Shown here in pieces: positions 33,518 to 42,725 of a stretch of DNA of 52,521 bases. The position numbers and the translations under genes were made by a program. This DNA is from Candidatus Woesearchaeota archaeon (GTDB lineage Archaea; Nanobdellota; Nanobdellia; Pacearchaeales; GW2011-AR1), in NCBI GenBank assembly GCA_964419275.1, contig CAYQOY010000004.1, positions 3,114 to 55,634 on the forward strand. Reading direction: 5' to 3'. Below the pieces are notes generated by a model that was not told where the DNA came from, searched no databases, and saw only the letters and a list, made by a program, of their open reading frames with translations. Position 1 is the stretch's first letter. Each line of letters opens with the position of its first letter.

Positions 33518-34240
33518 ATGGAAGAAAAATCAGTTGTCAAATTCAAGAAAGACGAATTCGCAGTAAAAGAATATGTGAAAGGCTCGATTGGAAGAGGAAA
33601 AGTCAGTAAGATTAGAATTGAATACACCCCTATTGGTGAAAAAATAATTATTTCTACACATAAGGCAGGATTAATTATCGGAAGGGGCGGAGAAAGAATT
33701 GACCAGTTAACAAAAACATTGAAATCAAAATTCGGATTGGAAAATCCCCATATTGAAATTGACGAAATCAAAAATCCAGAATTCGATGCTCAATTAACTG
33801 CAGACGATATTGCGTCTGGACTTGAAAGATTCGGCCCATTAAAATTCAAGGTTCTTGCTTATAGGGCATTACAGAAAATAATCGAAGCAGGTGCACTTGG
33901 GGTAGAAATCAGACTTAGTGGAAAGCTACCAAGCGCAAGAGCAAAAACATGGAGATTCTCTCAAGGTTATTTAAAGAAAACCGGAGATAGTGCTAATGTT
34001 GTTGACAGAGCTGAAGCACGAGCTGAAACCAAACCGGGAACAGTTGGAATAAAGGTTAGTATCATGGCTCCAGATGTAGTATTAAAAGACAAAATCGTAA
34101 TTAATGAAGCTCTTATTCAAAAGTTAAAAATGAATGTTTTATTAGCAGAACAAGAATTTGAAAATTCCAAATCAGCAAAAAAGAAAACTTCAAAATCAAC
34201 AAAGAAAGAAAAAACAGCTAAACCGGGGGAAAATGAATAA
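33518..34240 (+). CDS. rps3: Ribosomal protein uS3
   Basis: GLIIGRGG KH motif; GVEIRLSGKL; GIKVSI. Confidence 0.97.
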   Translation: MEEKSVVKFKKDEFAVKEYVKGSIGRGKVSKIRIEYTPIGEKIIISTHKAGLIIGRGGERIDQLTKTLKSKFGLENPHIEIDEIKNPEFDAQLTADDIASGLERFGPLKFKVLAYRALQKIIEAGALGVEIRLSGKLPSARAKTWRFSQGYLKKTGDSANVVDRAEARAETKPGTVGIKVSIMAPDVVLKDKIVINEALIQKLKMNVLLAEQEFENSKSAKKKTSKSTKKEKTAKPGENE

Positions 34241-34407
34241 TGAAAACCAAAGATATTCAAACAATGACTAAAGAAGAACGAGAGAGAAAATTAAAGGACT
34301 TGAAACTGGAATTAATTAAATCCCGAGTAGATGCTTCCAAATCTGGAAGTTCAAAGATAAAGAATATAAAGAAAACAATAGCAAGAATACTCACATTCAA
34401 TAAATAA
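34240..34407 (+). CDS. rpl29: Ribosomal protein uL29
   Basis: Translated by hand, 55 aa ...KLKDLKLELIK...IKNIKKTIARILT. Usual position after rps3. Confidence 0.93.
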   Translation: MKTKDIQTMTKEERERKLKDLKLELIKSRVDASKSGSSKIKNIKKTIARILTFNK

Positions 34408-34408
34408 A

Positions 34409-34696
34409 ATGAATATATGTCCGAAATGCGGATTGCCTGAAGAGGCATGTGTATGCGAACAGATCGTTAAAGCAGTACAAAAAATCCGGGTAACAACCGA
34501 CACCAAAAGGTACGGAAAGATAGTTACCTTGGTTTCCGGCTTTGACAAGGGCGTCGACGTGAAAAAAGTCGCTAAAGCTCTAAAGGAAGAATTGGCTTGC
34601 GGGGGAACCTTCAAGGGAGATGTAATCGAACTTCAAGGAAATCACCTCAAAAAGATACCACCAATCTTGGAAAGATTGGGATTTAACGCCGAGTAA
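34409..34696 (+). CDS. SUI1/aIF1 translation factor homolog
   Basis: CPKCGLPEEAC; LACGGT; IELQGNH. Confidence 0.95.
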   Translation: MNICPKCGLPEEACVCEQIVKAVQKIRVTTDTKRYGKIVTLVSGFDKGVDVKKVAKALKEELACGGTFKGDVIELQGNHLKKIPPILERLGFNAE

Positions 34697-34715
34697 GCAT
34701 ACGAAAAACAAGAAA

Positions 34716-35063
34716 ATGAAAAAAAACAAAGAAAAAACAGAAGAAACCATGAAAAGCACTAGAGAGAACTGCCATGACAAGGCTTGTCCTATTCACGGAA
34801 CTTTAAGTGTTAGAGGTAGAAGCTTCCAAGGAAAAGTAATTAGAAAATTCCCAAAAAGGATTGTAATTGAATTCGAAAGAACAGTTTACGTAAGAAAATA
34901 TGAAAGATACTCAAATTATAAAACAAGAATCCATGCAAGATTACCTTTATGTATGGACAAAGAAGTTAATATTGGAGACTATGTAAGAATTCAGGAATGC
35001 AGACCCTTAAGTAAAATTGTACATTTCGTAGTTATAAATAAAGTTGAGGCAACTAAAAAATGA
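34716..35063 (+). CDS. rps17: Ribosomal protein uS17
   Basis: CHDKACPIHG; ECRPLSK. Confidence 0.97.
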   Translation: MKKNKEKTEETMKSTRENCHDKACPIHGTLSVRGRSFQGKVIRKFPKRIVIEFERTVYVRKYERYSNYKTRIHARLPLCMDKEVNIGDYVRIQECRPLSKIVHFVVINKVEATKK

Positions 35064-35461
35064 AAGCAATAAGCGCACGAGCAACCCGAGGATTGAACAT
35101 AGGTTCAGTTGTACTAGCTTCAGATAACAGTGGAGCAAGAGTTGTTAGAATAACCTCGGTAAAAAGATGGAGAGCTAAGAAAGGAAGACAAGCTGCTGCT
35201 AAAGTCGCTGATTGGGTAAAAGTTAGTGTAAAGAAAGGAATCCCTGATATGAAAGGGAAAGTTTTTGACGCTGTTGTGATTAGACAAAAAAAGCCTTATA
35301 GAAGGTTAAACGGAGAAAGAGTTATGTCCGAAGATAATGCTGTCGCAATCCTCAAAGATGAAAAAGGAAATCCAAAAGGAACACAAATTAAAGGACCAAT
35401 TGCAAGAGAGATTTTAGAGAGATGGCCTCAAGTCGCTAAAACTGCAACAATAGTATACTAA
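35060..35461 (+). CDS. rpl14: Ribosomal protein uL14
   Basis: SDNSGARV; EDNAVAI; KGPIARE. Confidence 0.97.
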   Translation: MKAISARATRGLNIGSVVLASDNSGARVVRITSVKRWRAKKGRQAAAKVADWVKVSVKKGIPDMKGKVFDAVVIRQKKPYRRLNGERVMSEDNAVAILKDEKGNPKGTQIKGPIAREILERWPQVAKTATIVY

Positions 35462-35462
35462 A

Positions 35463-35873
35463 ATGAATCAAGAATTTAACACAAGTTGGAAGGCAAGCAA
35501 ACGCCCCGGAAAGCAAAGAAAATATGTAGCAAAAGCTCCACTTCATATTAAACAAAAACTCGTCGCTGCTCACCTTTCCAAAGAGCTTAGGGAAAAATAC
35601 AAAACAAGAAGCGCAAGCTTAAGAAAAGGCGACACAGTTAAAATCATGGCAGGAAAATTCAAAAATAAAACTGGAAAAGTTACAAAAGTCTTGCTTAAAA
35701 CTTCCAAGATACTTGTTGAGGGTATGCAAGTTAAAAAACAAGATGGATCAAAATCTGATGTTAAACTCACACCTTCAAAAATGCAAATAATCCAATTAAA
35801 TTTAGATGACAAGAAAAGGTTTAAAGAAAGAAAACAAACCTCTTCTTTGAAATCAAACACAAACAAGAAATAA
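35463..35873 (+). CDS. rpl24: Ribosomal protein uL24
   Basis: SKRPGKQRKY; KGDTVKIMAGKFK. Confidence 0.96.
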   Translation: MNQEFNTSWKASKRPGKQRKYVAKAPLHIKQKLVAAHLSKELREKYKTRSASLRKGDTVKIMAGKFKNKTGKVTKVLLKTSKILVEGMQVKKQDGSKSDVKLTPSKMQIIQLNLDDKKRFKERKQTSSLKSNTNKK

Positions 35874-35874
35874 A

Positions 35875-36549
35875 ATGCACTTAAAGAGAGAATTAAGTCC
35901 AAAAAACTGGCCAATTGAAAGAAAAGGTACAACCTACTTAGTTAAACCTAGTCATGACTTTGATAGAGGGGTCCCAATACTTCTTATAATCAGAGATATG
36001 CTTGAATTAGCAAAAGATAGAAAAGAAGTAAAGAAAGCTTTGACTTCTGGACAAATTTTCTTGAATCACAAAAGAGTTACTGACGAAAGGAATAGCGCAC
36101 TCTTATTTGACATTTTAACTCTTGTCCCTCCAAAATCTTCAAAGTCTGACAAATATAAATATTATCGAATTGAAATGGGAGAAAATAAAAAATTCAAACT
36201 TGAAGAAATCTCGGAAAATGAAGCTGAAACAAAATGCTCAAAGGTTATCAAAAAAATGAAACTTAAAGGAAACAAAACACAAATCAACTTAAGCGATGGA
36301 AGAAATTTCCTTTCAGACATTAAATGTAAAACGAATGATTCTCTTTTAATCAACTTGAAGACAAAGAAAATCTTAAAGTGCATTGAATTAAAAAAAGGCA
36401 CTGACGTGTTTGTCTTTGCGGGAAAACACACCGGAGTAAGGGGGAAGGTTGAAGATATCGACGAAGAAAATAAGATCGTTAAAATTCAAAAAAAGAATCA
36501 TGAAATTGTTGGCGCATTAATTAAACAAATTATCGCGGTGGAGAAATAA
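35875..36549 (+). CDS. rps4e: Ribosomal protein eS4
   Basis: HLKRELSPKNWPIERK; PILLIIRDML; QINLSDGRN. Confidence 0.96.
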   Translation: MHLKRELSPKNWPIERKGTTYLVKPSHDFDRGVPILLIIRDMLELAKDRKEVKKALTSGQIFLNHKRVTDERNSALLFDILTLVPPKSSKSDKYKYYRIEMGENKKFKLEEISENEAETKCSKVIKKMKLKGNKTQINLSDGRNFLSDIKCKTNDSLLINLKTKKILKCIELKKGTDVFVFAGKHTGVRGKVEDIDEENKIVKIQKKNHEIVGALIKQIIAVEK

Positions 36550-36557
36550 AATTAAAA

Positions 36558-37094
36558 ATGGCAAAAGAAAAAACAACCAAGGAAACAGGAAAAGACAATC
36601 CAATGAGAACAATCAAGATTGAAAAAATTGTATTAAGCGTAGGCGGAGTTGAAGATGTTCTTTACAAAGGATTCAGATTACTGGAAATCCTCACCGGAAG
36701 AAAACCAATGAAAACAAAGTCTCGTAAAAGAATTCCTTCTTTAGGTGTAAGACCTGGACTAGAAGTTGGAGCTCTTGTTACAATAAGAGAAGATTTTGAA
36801 CCAATGTTAAAGAAACTTTTAGTTGCTGTTGAAAACACTGTTAAAAGAAAACAAGTAAGTGAAAATACATTCACTTTCGGAATCAAAGAATACATTGAAA
36901 TCCCGGGACAAGAATACCAAAGAGAAATCGGAATTATCGGACTAGATGTAACAGTTACATTCACAAGAGCAGGCAAGAGAGTAAAATTAAAGAAGATAAG
37001 AAATGCAAAACTACCTGACAAACAAATGATCTCCAAAGAAGATATAATTAAATTTATGGAAGACAATTTCCAAACCAAATTCATAGGAAAATGA
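36558..37094 (+). CDS. rpl5: Ribosomal protein uL5
   Basis: NPMRTIKIEKIVL; FTFGIKEYI; GLDVTV. Confidence 0.97.
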   Translation: MAKEKTTKETGKDNPMRTIKIEKIVLSVGGVEDVLYKGFRLLEILTGRKPMKTKSRKRIPSLGVRPGLEVGALVTIREDFEPMLKKLLVAVENTVKRKQVSENTFTFGIKEYIEIPGQEYQREIGIIGLDVTVTFTRAGKRVKLKKIRNAKLPDKQMISKEDIIKFMEDNFQTKFIGK

Positions 37095-37321
37095 CTGCAA
37101 GTGATTGGAAAAAAGTTTTGAAGCAATTGAAAGCTAAACCAGCTGTGCTTCAGAAATTTGTAAAACACAACAAGCCAAAGGAAAGAAAAACCGGAATAAC
37201 TGCGCAGAAATGCGGAAGATGCGGAAGATTCGGTGCTCACATAAATTCCTATGGGCTTCATTTATGCAGGCAGTGTTTCCGAGAAATCGCTGAAGAAATT
37301 GGATTCAAAAAATATTCATAA
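37091..37321 (+). CDS. rps14: Ribosomal protein uS14 (Zn-binding)
   Basis: CGRCG...LCRQCFRE. Confidence 0.97.
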   Translation: MTASDWKKVLKQLKAKPAVLQKFVKHNKPKERKTGITAQKCGRCGRFGAHINSYGLHLCRQCFREIAEEIGFKKYS

Positions 37322-37322
37322 A

Positions 37323-37703
37323 ATGGCACAAGATATCGTCGCAGACGCATTGAACATGATAAGAAACGCTAAGAAAGCGGGAAGAGACTCTGTAAAAATA
37401 AATAGAATTTCAAATCTTTTAATTGAAGTTCTAAAAATCATGAAGCAGAAAGAAGCAATCAAAAGATACAAGCTTGACACAAAGGAAAGATCTGTGCAAG
37501 TTGATTTTGGTGATTTCTTGGAATGCCAGGCAATCAAGCCAAGGTTCACCGCTGACAAAACAGAAATTGAAAAATATAGAAGAAGATTTTTACCTTCAAG
37601 AAACATCGGAACTTTGATTGTTTCCACAAGCAAAGGACTTATGACACATGAAGAAGCTTTTGAAAAAGGTATGGGAGGATTCATGATTGCATACTTTTAC
37701 TGA
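37323..37703 (+). CDS. rps8: Ribosomal protein uS8
   Basis: Start at ATG 37323 (MAQDIVADAL). AIKPRF; VSTSKGLMTH. Confidence 0.96.
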   Translation: MAQDIVADALNMIRNAKKAGRDSVKINRISNLLIEVLKIMKQKEAIKRYKLDTKERSVQVDFGDFLECQAIKPRFTADKTEIEKYRRRFLPSRNIGTLIVSTSKGLMTHEEAFEKGMGGFMIAYFY

Positions 37704-37705
37704 AA

Positions 37706-38248
37706 ATGAAAAAAGAAATCTTTCACCACATTGAAATTCCTGCAAATGTTGAGGCAACCATAGAAAGAAATCTCGTGAAAATAAAAGGCCCAAAGGGCGA
37801 ACTTTCCAGGGAATTCAACATTTCTGATTTGGAATTAAGAAAAGAAAATAATAAAATTGTAATCGGAAATAAAAAAGCAACAAAGAAAGAAAAAAAGAAT
37901 ATGAATTCAATTAAAGCCCATTTGAAAAATATGATTGAAGGAGTTTTAAACGGATTTGAATATCACTTAAAAGTTTGTTACTCCCACTTCCCAATGACCG
38001 TTGAAGTTCATGGGCAAGAAATCACAATCAAAAACTACCTTGGAGAAAACACAGCTAGAAAATGCAAGATTGTCAAGGGGGCTACAGTTAAAGTTGAAAA
38101 AGACTTTATCACCGTAACTGCTATTGACCGAGAAGTCGCTGGACAAACAGCTGCAAACCTTGAAAAAGCAACAAAAGTTAGAAATCGAGATAAAAGAATT
38201 TTCCAAGATGGAATCTTCATGACAAGTAAACCCGGGAGAGAAATATAA
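37706..38248 (+). CDS. rpl6: Ribosomal protein uL6
   Basis: IKGPKGEL; YSHFPM; RDKRIFQDGIF. Confidence 0.97.
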   Translation: MKKEIFHHIEIPANVEATIERNLVKIKGPKGELSREFNISDLELRKENNKIVIGNKKATKKEKKNMNSIKAHLKNMIEGVLNGFEYHLKVCYSHFPMTVEVHGQEITIKNYLGENTARKCKIVKGATVKVEKDFITVTAIDREVAGQTAANLEKATKVRNRDKRIFQDGIFMTSKPGREI

Positions 38249-38622
38249 TGTCACAGAAATTTTTAAGAAGAAATTGTAAAAGATTAGTAAAGCTTGGAAA
38301 AGGAAAAAAGAAAGCGCAAGCTTGGAGAAGCCAAAAAGGAAGGCATGGAAAAATGAGAGAGAAGATGAGGGGCTATCCTGCAATTGTTGGAATTGGGCAC
38401 AGAACTGAAAAAGCTAAGAGAGACAAAATAGAAGAGAAAGTTGTTTTGCTTGTAAACAACCTTAAAGATTTAGAAAAAGCAACAGCAAAGAATTTGATAG
38501 TTATTGGAAAAATTGGAAGCAAAAAGAAACTTGAAATAGCAAAAAAAGCTAAAGAAAAGAAACTCGAGGTTTCAAATTTAAACATCAACAAATTCATTAA
38601 AACAATGGAGAAGAAAAAATGA
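38248..38622 (+). CDS. rpl32e: Ribosomal protein eL32 (divergent)
   Basis: AWRSQKGRHGKMR; IGKIGSKKKLEI..KA. Usual position. Confidence 0.85.
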   Translation: MSQKFLRRNCKRLVKLGKGKKKAQAWRSQKGRHGKMREKMRGYPAIVGIGHRTEKAKRDKIEEKVVLLVNNLKDLEKATAKNLIVIGKIGSKKKLEIAKKAKEKKLEVSNLNINKFIKTMEKKK

Positions 38623-39023
38623 AACTAGATAAGAAAAAATCACTTGCCGCAAAGGTATTTAACGTCGGAAAATCCAGAATACTTTTTGTAGAACCAAGAC
38701 TCGCTGAAATCAAAGAAGCAATCACCAAGGAGGACATAAAGGCACTTCACCAAGAAGGAGCAATATTAATCAAAGAAATTAAAGGAAGAAAAACAGTTGT
38801 AAAAAGAAGAAGAAGACTCCAAGGAAACATCAAAGTTCATGTTAACAAAAGAAAGCAAGAGTACGTCAAGCTTACAAGGAAATTGAGAGCTTATGTTGTT
38901 GACTTGCAAAAAAGCAAAGTTTTATCAGCTGACGAAGTCAAAAGCATCAGAAAGAAAATCAAAAACAAAGAATTCAAGAGTAAAGCTCAATTAAAAGATT
39001 ATGCTCAAACATTAAGGAGATAA
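38619..39023 (+). CDS. rpl19e: Ribosomal protein eL19
   Basis: KKSLAAKVFNVGKSRI; AITKEDIK. Confidence 0.92.
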   Translation: MKLDKKKSLAAKVFNVGKSRILFVEPRLAEIKEAITKEDIKALHQEGAILIKEIKGRKTVVKRRRRLQGNIKVHVNKRKQEYVKLTRKLRAYVVDLQKSKVLSADEVKSIRKKIKNKEFKSKAQLKDYAQTLRR

Positions 39024-39025
39024 AA

Positions 39026-39520
39026 ATGCAAAGAATATTTCAAAGAAGAAAGAAAGGAAGAACAGACTATTTGAAAAGAAAAAGATTGCTTAGTGGAAAC
39101 CTTCCAAGACTTGTATTCAGAAGAACAAATCAATATGTTTTCGCTCAATATGTTGTCAGCAAAGAAGCTCAAGACAAGGTTGATATCACCTTGAGTTCAA
39201 AGCACCTTTTAAAATATGGCTGGCCAAAAGAACTTGAAGGAAGTTTGAAGTCTATTCCTGCCTGTTACCTAACAGGAAGACTAATTGGAAAAAGAATACT
39301 CAAGGAGAAAAAACAAATTCCAGTTGTAGACTTTGGAATTGCTGCTCCAACTCACAAGGGAAGAGCTTATGCTTTCTTGAAGGGAGTTGCCGATGCGGGA
39401 GTTAAAATTTCTGTTCCAAAAGAAGTTTTCCCTGAGGAAGAAAGGGTTAAAGGAAAAAATTTAAAGAAAGATTTTTCTGCTACATTTGAAAAAATTAAAT
39501 TAAGTATAGACAAAGAATAA
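39026..39520 (+). CDS. rpl18: Ribosomal protein uL18
   Basis: RRKKGRTDY..R..LL; PRLVFRRTN; SIPACYLTG. Confidence 0.96.
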   Translation: MQRIFQRRKKGRTDYLKRKRLLSGNLPRLVFRRTNQYVFAQYVVSKEAQDKVDITLSSKHLLKYGWPKELEGSLKSIPACYLTGRLIGKRILKEKKQIPVVDFGIAAPTHKGRAYAFLKGVADAGVKISVPKEVFPEEERVKGKNLKKDFSATFEKIKLSIDKE

Positions 39521-39525
39521 ACAAA

Positions 39526-40323
39526 ATGACAAAAAAAGTTGAAATAAAACCTGAAGAAATAATCAAAGAAATTGAAGAACCAATTAAAGTAGTTATTGAA
39601 GACGCTGAAGAAAAAGAAGCTGTTGAAATTCCTGCTGAAATTGAAGAAGCTGTAAAACCCAAAGGAAGATTTGAAGAAATGGAAGAAAACAAGCTTAAAG
39701 CTTGGGTCCCAAAAACAAAATTAGGAAAAGATGTTAAATCTGGCAAGATTAAAAACATCGATGAGATTCTTGAAAGCAAAAAAAAGATTCAAGAAGAGCA
39801 AATTGTTGACACTTTAATTAGCGTTAAAACCGATTTAATTTCAATCGGGCAATCAAAAGGAAAATTCGGGGGAGGAAAAAGAAGAGCTTGGAGACAAACC
39901 CAAAAGAAAACCAAAGAAGGAAATGTTCCAAGTTTCTCTGCGCTTGCTGTTGTAGGAGATGAAGCAGGGCATGTTGGAATTGGAGAAGGAAAAGCTCAAG
40001 AAACACTTCCTGCAAGAGACAAAGCAATACGACAAGCTAAGTTGAACTTAATCAAAGTAAAACGTGCATGTGGGGGATTTGATTGTGCTTGCACAGAACC
40101 TCATTCAATTCCATTAACAGTCACAGGAAAGCAAGGAAGTGTTAAAGTAACCTTAATCCCTGCACCTCAAGGGACAGGGCTTGCTGTTGCTAGCGAATTA
40201 AAAAAAGTATTAAAACTCGCAGGAATAAAAGATGTTTACAGTAAAACATTTGGTATTCAAAGAACTAATTTCAATCTTGTTAAAGCTTGCATAAAAGCTT
40301 TACAACAAACAAACTCAAAATGA
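39526..40323 (+). CDS. rps5: Ribosomal protein uS5 with acidic N-terminal extension
   Basis: WVPKTKLG; VVGDEAGHVGIG; PAPQGTGL. Confidence 0.96.
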   Translation: MTKKVEIKPEEIIKEIEEPIKVVIEDAEEKEAVEIPAEIEEAVKPKGRFEEMEENKLKAWVPKTKLGKDVKSGKIKNIDEILESKKKIQEEQIVDTLISVKTDLISIGQSKGKFGGGKRRAWRQTQKKTKEGNVPSFSALAVVGDEAGHVGIGEGKAQETLPARDKAIRQAKLNLIKVKRACGGFDCACTEPHSIPLTVTGKQGSVKVTLIPAPQGTGLAVASELKKVLKLAGIKDVYSKTFGIQRTNFNLVKACIKALQQTNSK

Positions 40324-40745
40324 TTTGTATAATAAGGATCGCTGGAGAAGTGAAAATGGAAAGAACAGTAGTTGAAACTTTAAACAGATTACGACTTAGA
40401 AAAAAATATTCTTGCATTGTAATGGCTAAACCTGGAAAAGAAGAATTAGGAATGCTAAATAAAGTAAAAGATTTTGTTGCATTCGGAGAAATTGATGCTA
40501 AGACTTTCCAATCACTTCTTGAAAAAAGAGCACATTTATTAGATACTTCAAAAAAAGAAAAAGTTGATGCTAAAAAAATAATTGAAGCTTTTGAAAAGGG
40601 AAAGAAGTTTGAAGAATTGAATGTTAAACCTTTCTTCAGATTGCATCCTCCAAGAGGCGGAATCAACACTAAGTTACCTTTCCCTAAAGGTGCCTTAGGA
40701 AATCACAAAGAAAAAATAAATGAACTTGTAATGAGGATGCTATAA
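40320..40745 (+). CDS. rpl30: Ribosomal protein uL30
   Basis: Start at ATG 40320 (MICIIRIAG). FRLHPPRGG; GALG...INEL. Confidence 0.96.
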   Translation: MICIIRIAGEVKMERTVVETLNRLRLRKKYSCIVMAKPGKEELGMLNKVKDFVAFGEIDAKTFQSLLEKRAHLLDTSKKEKVDAKKIIEAFEKGKKFEELNVKPFFRLHPPRGGINTKLPFPKGALGNHKEKINELVMRML

Positions 40746-40763
40746 TCAAGCATATAAACTAAC

Positions 40764-41243
40764 ATGATAAAAACACACAAGAAAAAGAAAGCAGGAAAAT
40801 ACCGAGGAAAAGGGCAAGGGACAATGGGAAGAGGTGCTAGAAAGAAAGCTAAAAAAGCAGGGCACAGAGGAGGAGCAGGAATGGCAGGTACAGGTAAAAG
40901 AGCTGACCATAAGAAAACACTTGTTACAAAACTTTATGGAAATAGTTATTTTGGAAAACAAGGAATAACAAGTAGAGGAACAAAAAAGGACAAATCCAAC
41001 AAAATTAACTTAAGAGACATTGAAATGAATTTGAACACTTATATTAAAAAAGAAATTGCAAAGAAAACTTCTAAAGGAATTGAGTTGAATTTAAGCGACT
41101 ACAAGATTTTAGGAGAAGGTGAACTTAAAACTAAGCTCATCATCAGCGCAAAGAGTGCTTCAGAAACAGCAAAGGAAAAAATAAAGAAAGCTGGCGGAGA
41201 ACTTATCTTACCTTCATCCGCTGACTCTGAAGATTCTGAATAA
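40764..41243 (+). CDS. rpl15: Ribosomal protein uL15
   Basis: GHRGGAGMAG; FGKQG; KILGEG; ASETAKEKIKKAGG. Confidence 0.96.
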   Translation: MIKTHKKKKAGKYRGKGQGTMGRGARKKAKKAGHRGGAGMAGTGKRADHKKTLVTKLYGNSYFGKQGITSRGTKKDKSNKINLRDIEMNLNTYIKKEIAKKTSKGIELNLSDYKILGEGELKTKLIISAKSASETAKEKIKKAGGELILPSSADSEDSE

Positions 41244-41275
41244 AGCTTATTAAAGCCAGATTCATATTAACTAAC

Positions 41276-42721
41276 ATGAGCCTTGAAAGTATAACCAAAT
41301 TTATTCCAGAGGTAAAAGAACCTGGTAAAAAATTAGAATTCAAAGAAAAAGCTAAGTGGACTTTGATTGTTTTGGTTGCTTTTTTTGTTTTAGCTAATAT
41401 CCCTCTTTTTGGACTTTCTGAAAATGCTCTTGCAAGATTTGAATTCTTAGCAGTTATTCTTGCAACAGATTTCGGAAGTTTAATCTCTTTGGGTATTGGC
41501 CCAATTGTAACAGCATCCATTATTCTTCAATTATTGTCTGGAGCAGGAATTCTTCCAATTGATTTGGAAAGCGAGCAAGGAAAAAAGACATTCCAAAGTC
41601 TTCAAACACTTCTGACTTTATTCTTTATCATCTTTGAAGCAATTGTATTTGTAAAAATGGGAGGATTGCAAGCTAACCCTGGATTTTCCTGGCTTTTGAT
41701 TCTTCAACTTATCCTCGGGGGAATTGCTATCTACTATATGGATCAAGTTATAACCAAATGGGGAATTGGTTCTGGGATTAGTTTATTTATTGCTGCAGGA
41801 ATTGGCAGAGGATTAATTACTCAAACACTTCAGTTTATTGATGCTCAGGGAAGAAATTGCTTGATGGACTTTTCGGGAACACCTTGTTCTGGAAAACTGC
41901 TTATTTTAATTCAATCTTTAATTCAAAGGCAAACAATTGAATTCGCCTCTGCGTTTATTACAATTGCAGTTACTGTTCTAATTTTTCTAGCTGTTGTTTG
42001 GGCTCAAAGCTTGAAAATTGAAATCCCTCTTTCATACGGAAGAATAAGGGGATATACTATAAGATGGCCTCTTGCATTTTTCTATGCTTCTGTTATTCCT
42101 GTTATTTTCACTGCTGCTTTAATTGCAAATATTCAACTATTTGGAGGAATTCTTTCCAACGCAGCTGCACCTTGTTTAGCAGATGTGAGTGCTTGCACAG
42201 GAATGGCTAAATTTGCTTCTTATTTCGGATTCTTGGGAAGATTCGACGCCAGTGGAAATGCTATATCTGGACTTGCTTTCTGGGCAGGTTCAACACATAT
42301 TCTTGAATTGTTTTTAAGAGGAGCATTCCTTCCGGTTTATATCTTACAAAGTATAACTCATATTTTATTATTCGTTGGTCTTTCAACATTATTCGCAATA
42401 TTCTGGGTTAAAACCGCTGCAGGGCTTGACGCTAAATCTCAAGCTAAAAAGATTTCAGCTTCAGGGCTGCAAATTGCAGGATTCCGACAGGATGAAAGAG
42501 TTCTTGAAAGCATTCTTGATAGATATATCATGCCTTTAACCGTAATGGGGGGAATTGCAATTGGACTTTTAGCCTCGGTTACAAATCTTCTTGGAGCTCT
42601 TGTTTCTGGGACAGGAATTCTTTTAGTTATTATGATTACCTATCAGCTTTACCAAACAATTGGACAGCAACATCCAGAAGTAATAAATCCAGCAGTTGGA
42701 AAATTCGTAGGAAGCGCTTAA
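41276..42721 (+). CDS. secY: Protein translocase subunit SecY
   Basis: SLISLGIGPIVTASIILQLL; WGIGSGISLFIA; LERILD-like VLESILDRYI; SGTGILL. Confidence 0.96.
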   Translation: MSLESITKFIPEVKEPGKKLEFKEKAKWTLIVLVAFFVLANIPLFGLSENALARFEFLAVILATDFGSLISLGIGPIVTASIILQLLSGAGILPIDLESEQGKKTFQSLQTLLTLFFIIFEAIVFVKMGGLQANPGFSWLLILQLILGGIAIYYMDQVITKWGIGSGISLFIAAGIGRGLITQTLQFIDAQGRNCLMDFSGTPCSGKLLILIQSLIQRQTIEFASAFITIAVTVLIFLAVVWAQSLKIEIPLSYGRIRGYTIRWPLAFFYASVIPVIFTAALIANIQLFGGILSNAAAPCLADVSACTGMAKFASYFGFLGRFDASGNAISGLAFWAGSTHILELFLRGAFLPVYILQSITHILLFVGLSTLFAIFWVKTAAGLDAKSQAKKISASGLQIAGFRQDERVLESILDRYIMPLTVMGGIAIGLLASVTNLLGALVSGTGILLVIMITYQLYQTIGQQHPEVINPAVGKFVGSA

Positions 42722-42725
42722 TCAA

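Noticed and set aside
29543-41520. Many minus-strand ORFs of 60-200 aa opposite the ribosomal operon, and similar antisense ORFs elsewhere
   Set aside because: Phe/Leu/Ser-rich shadows of A-rich coding strands with no motifs. The sense genes are well supported.
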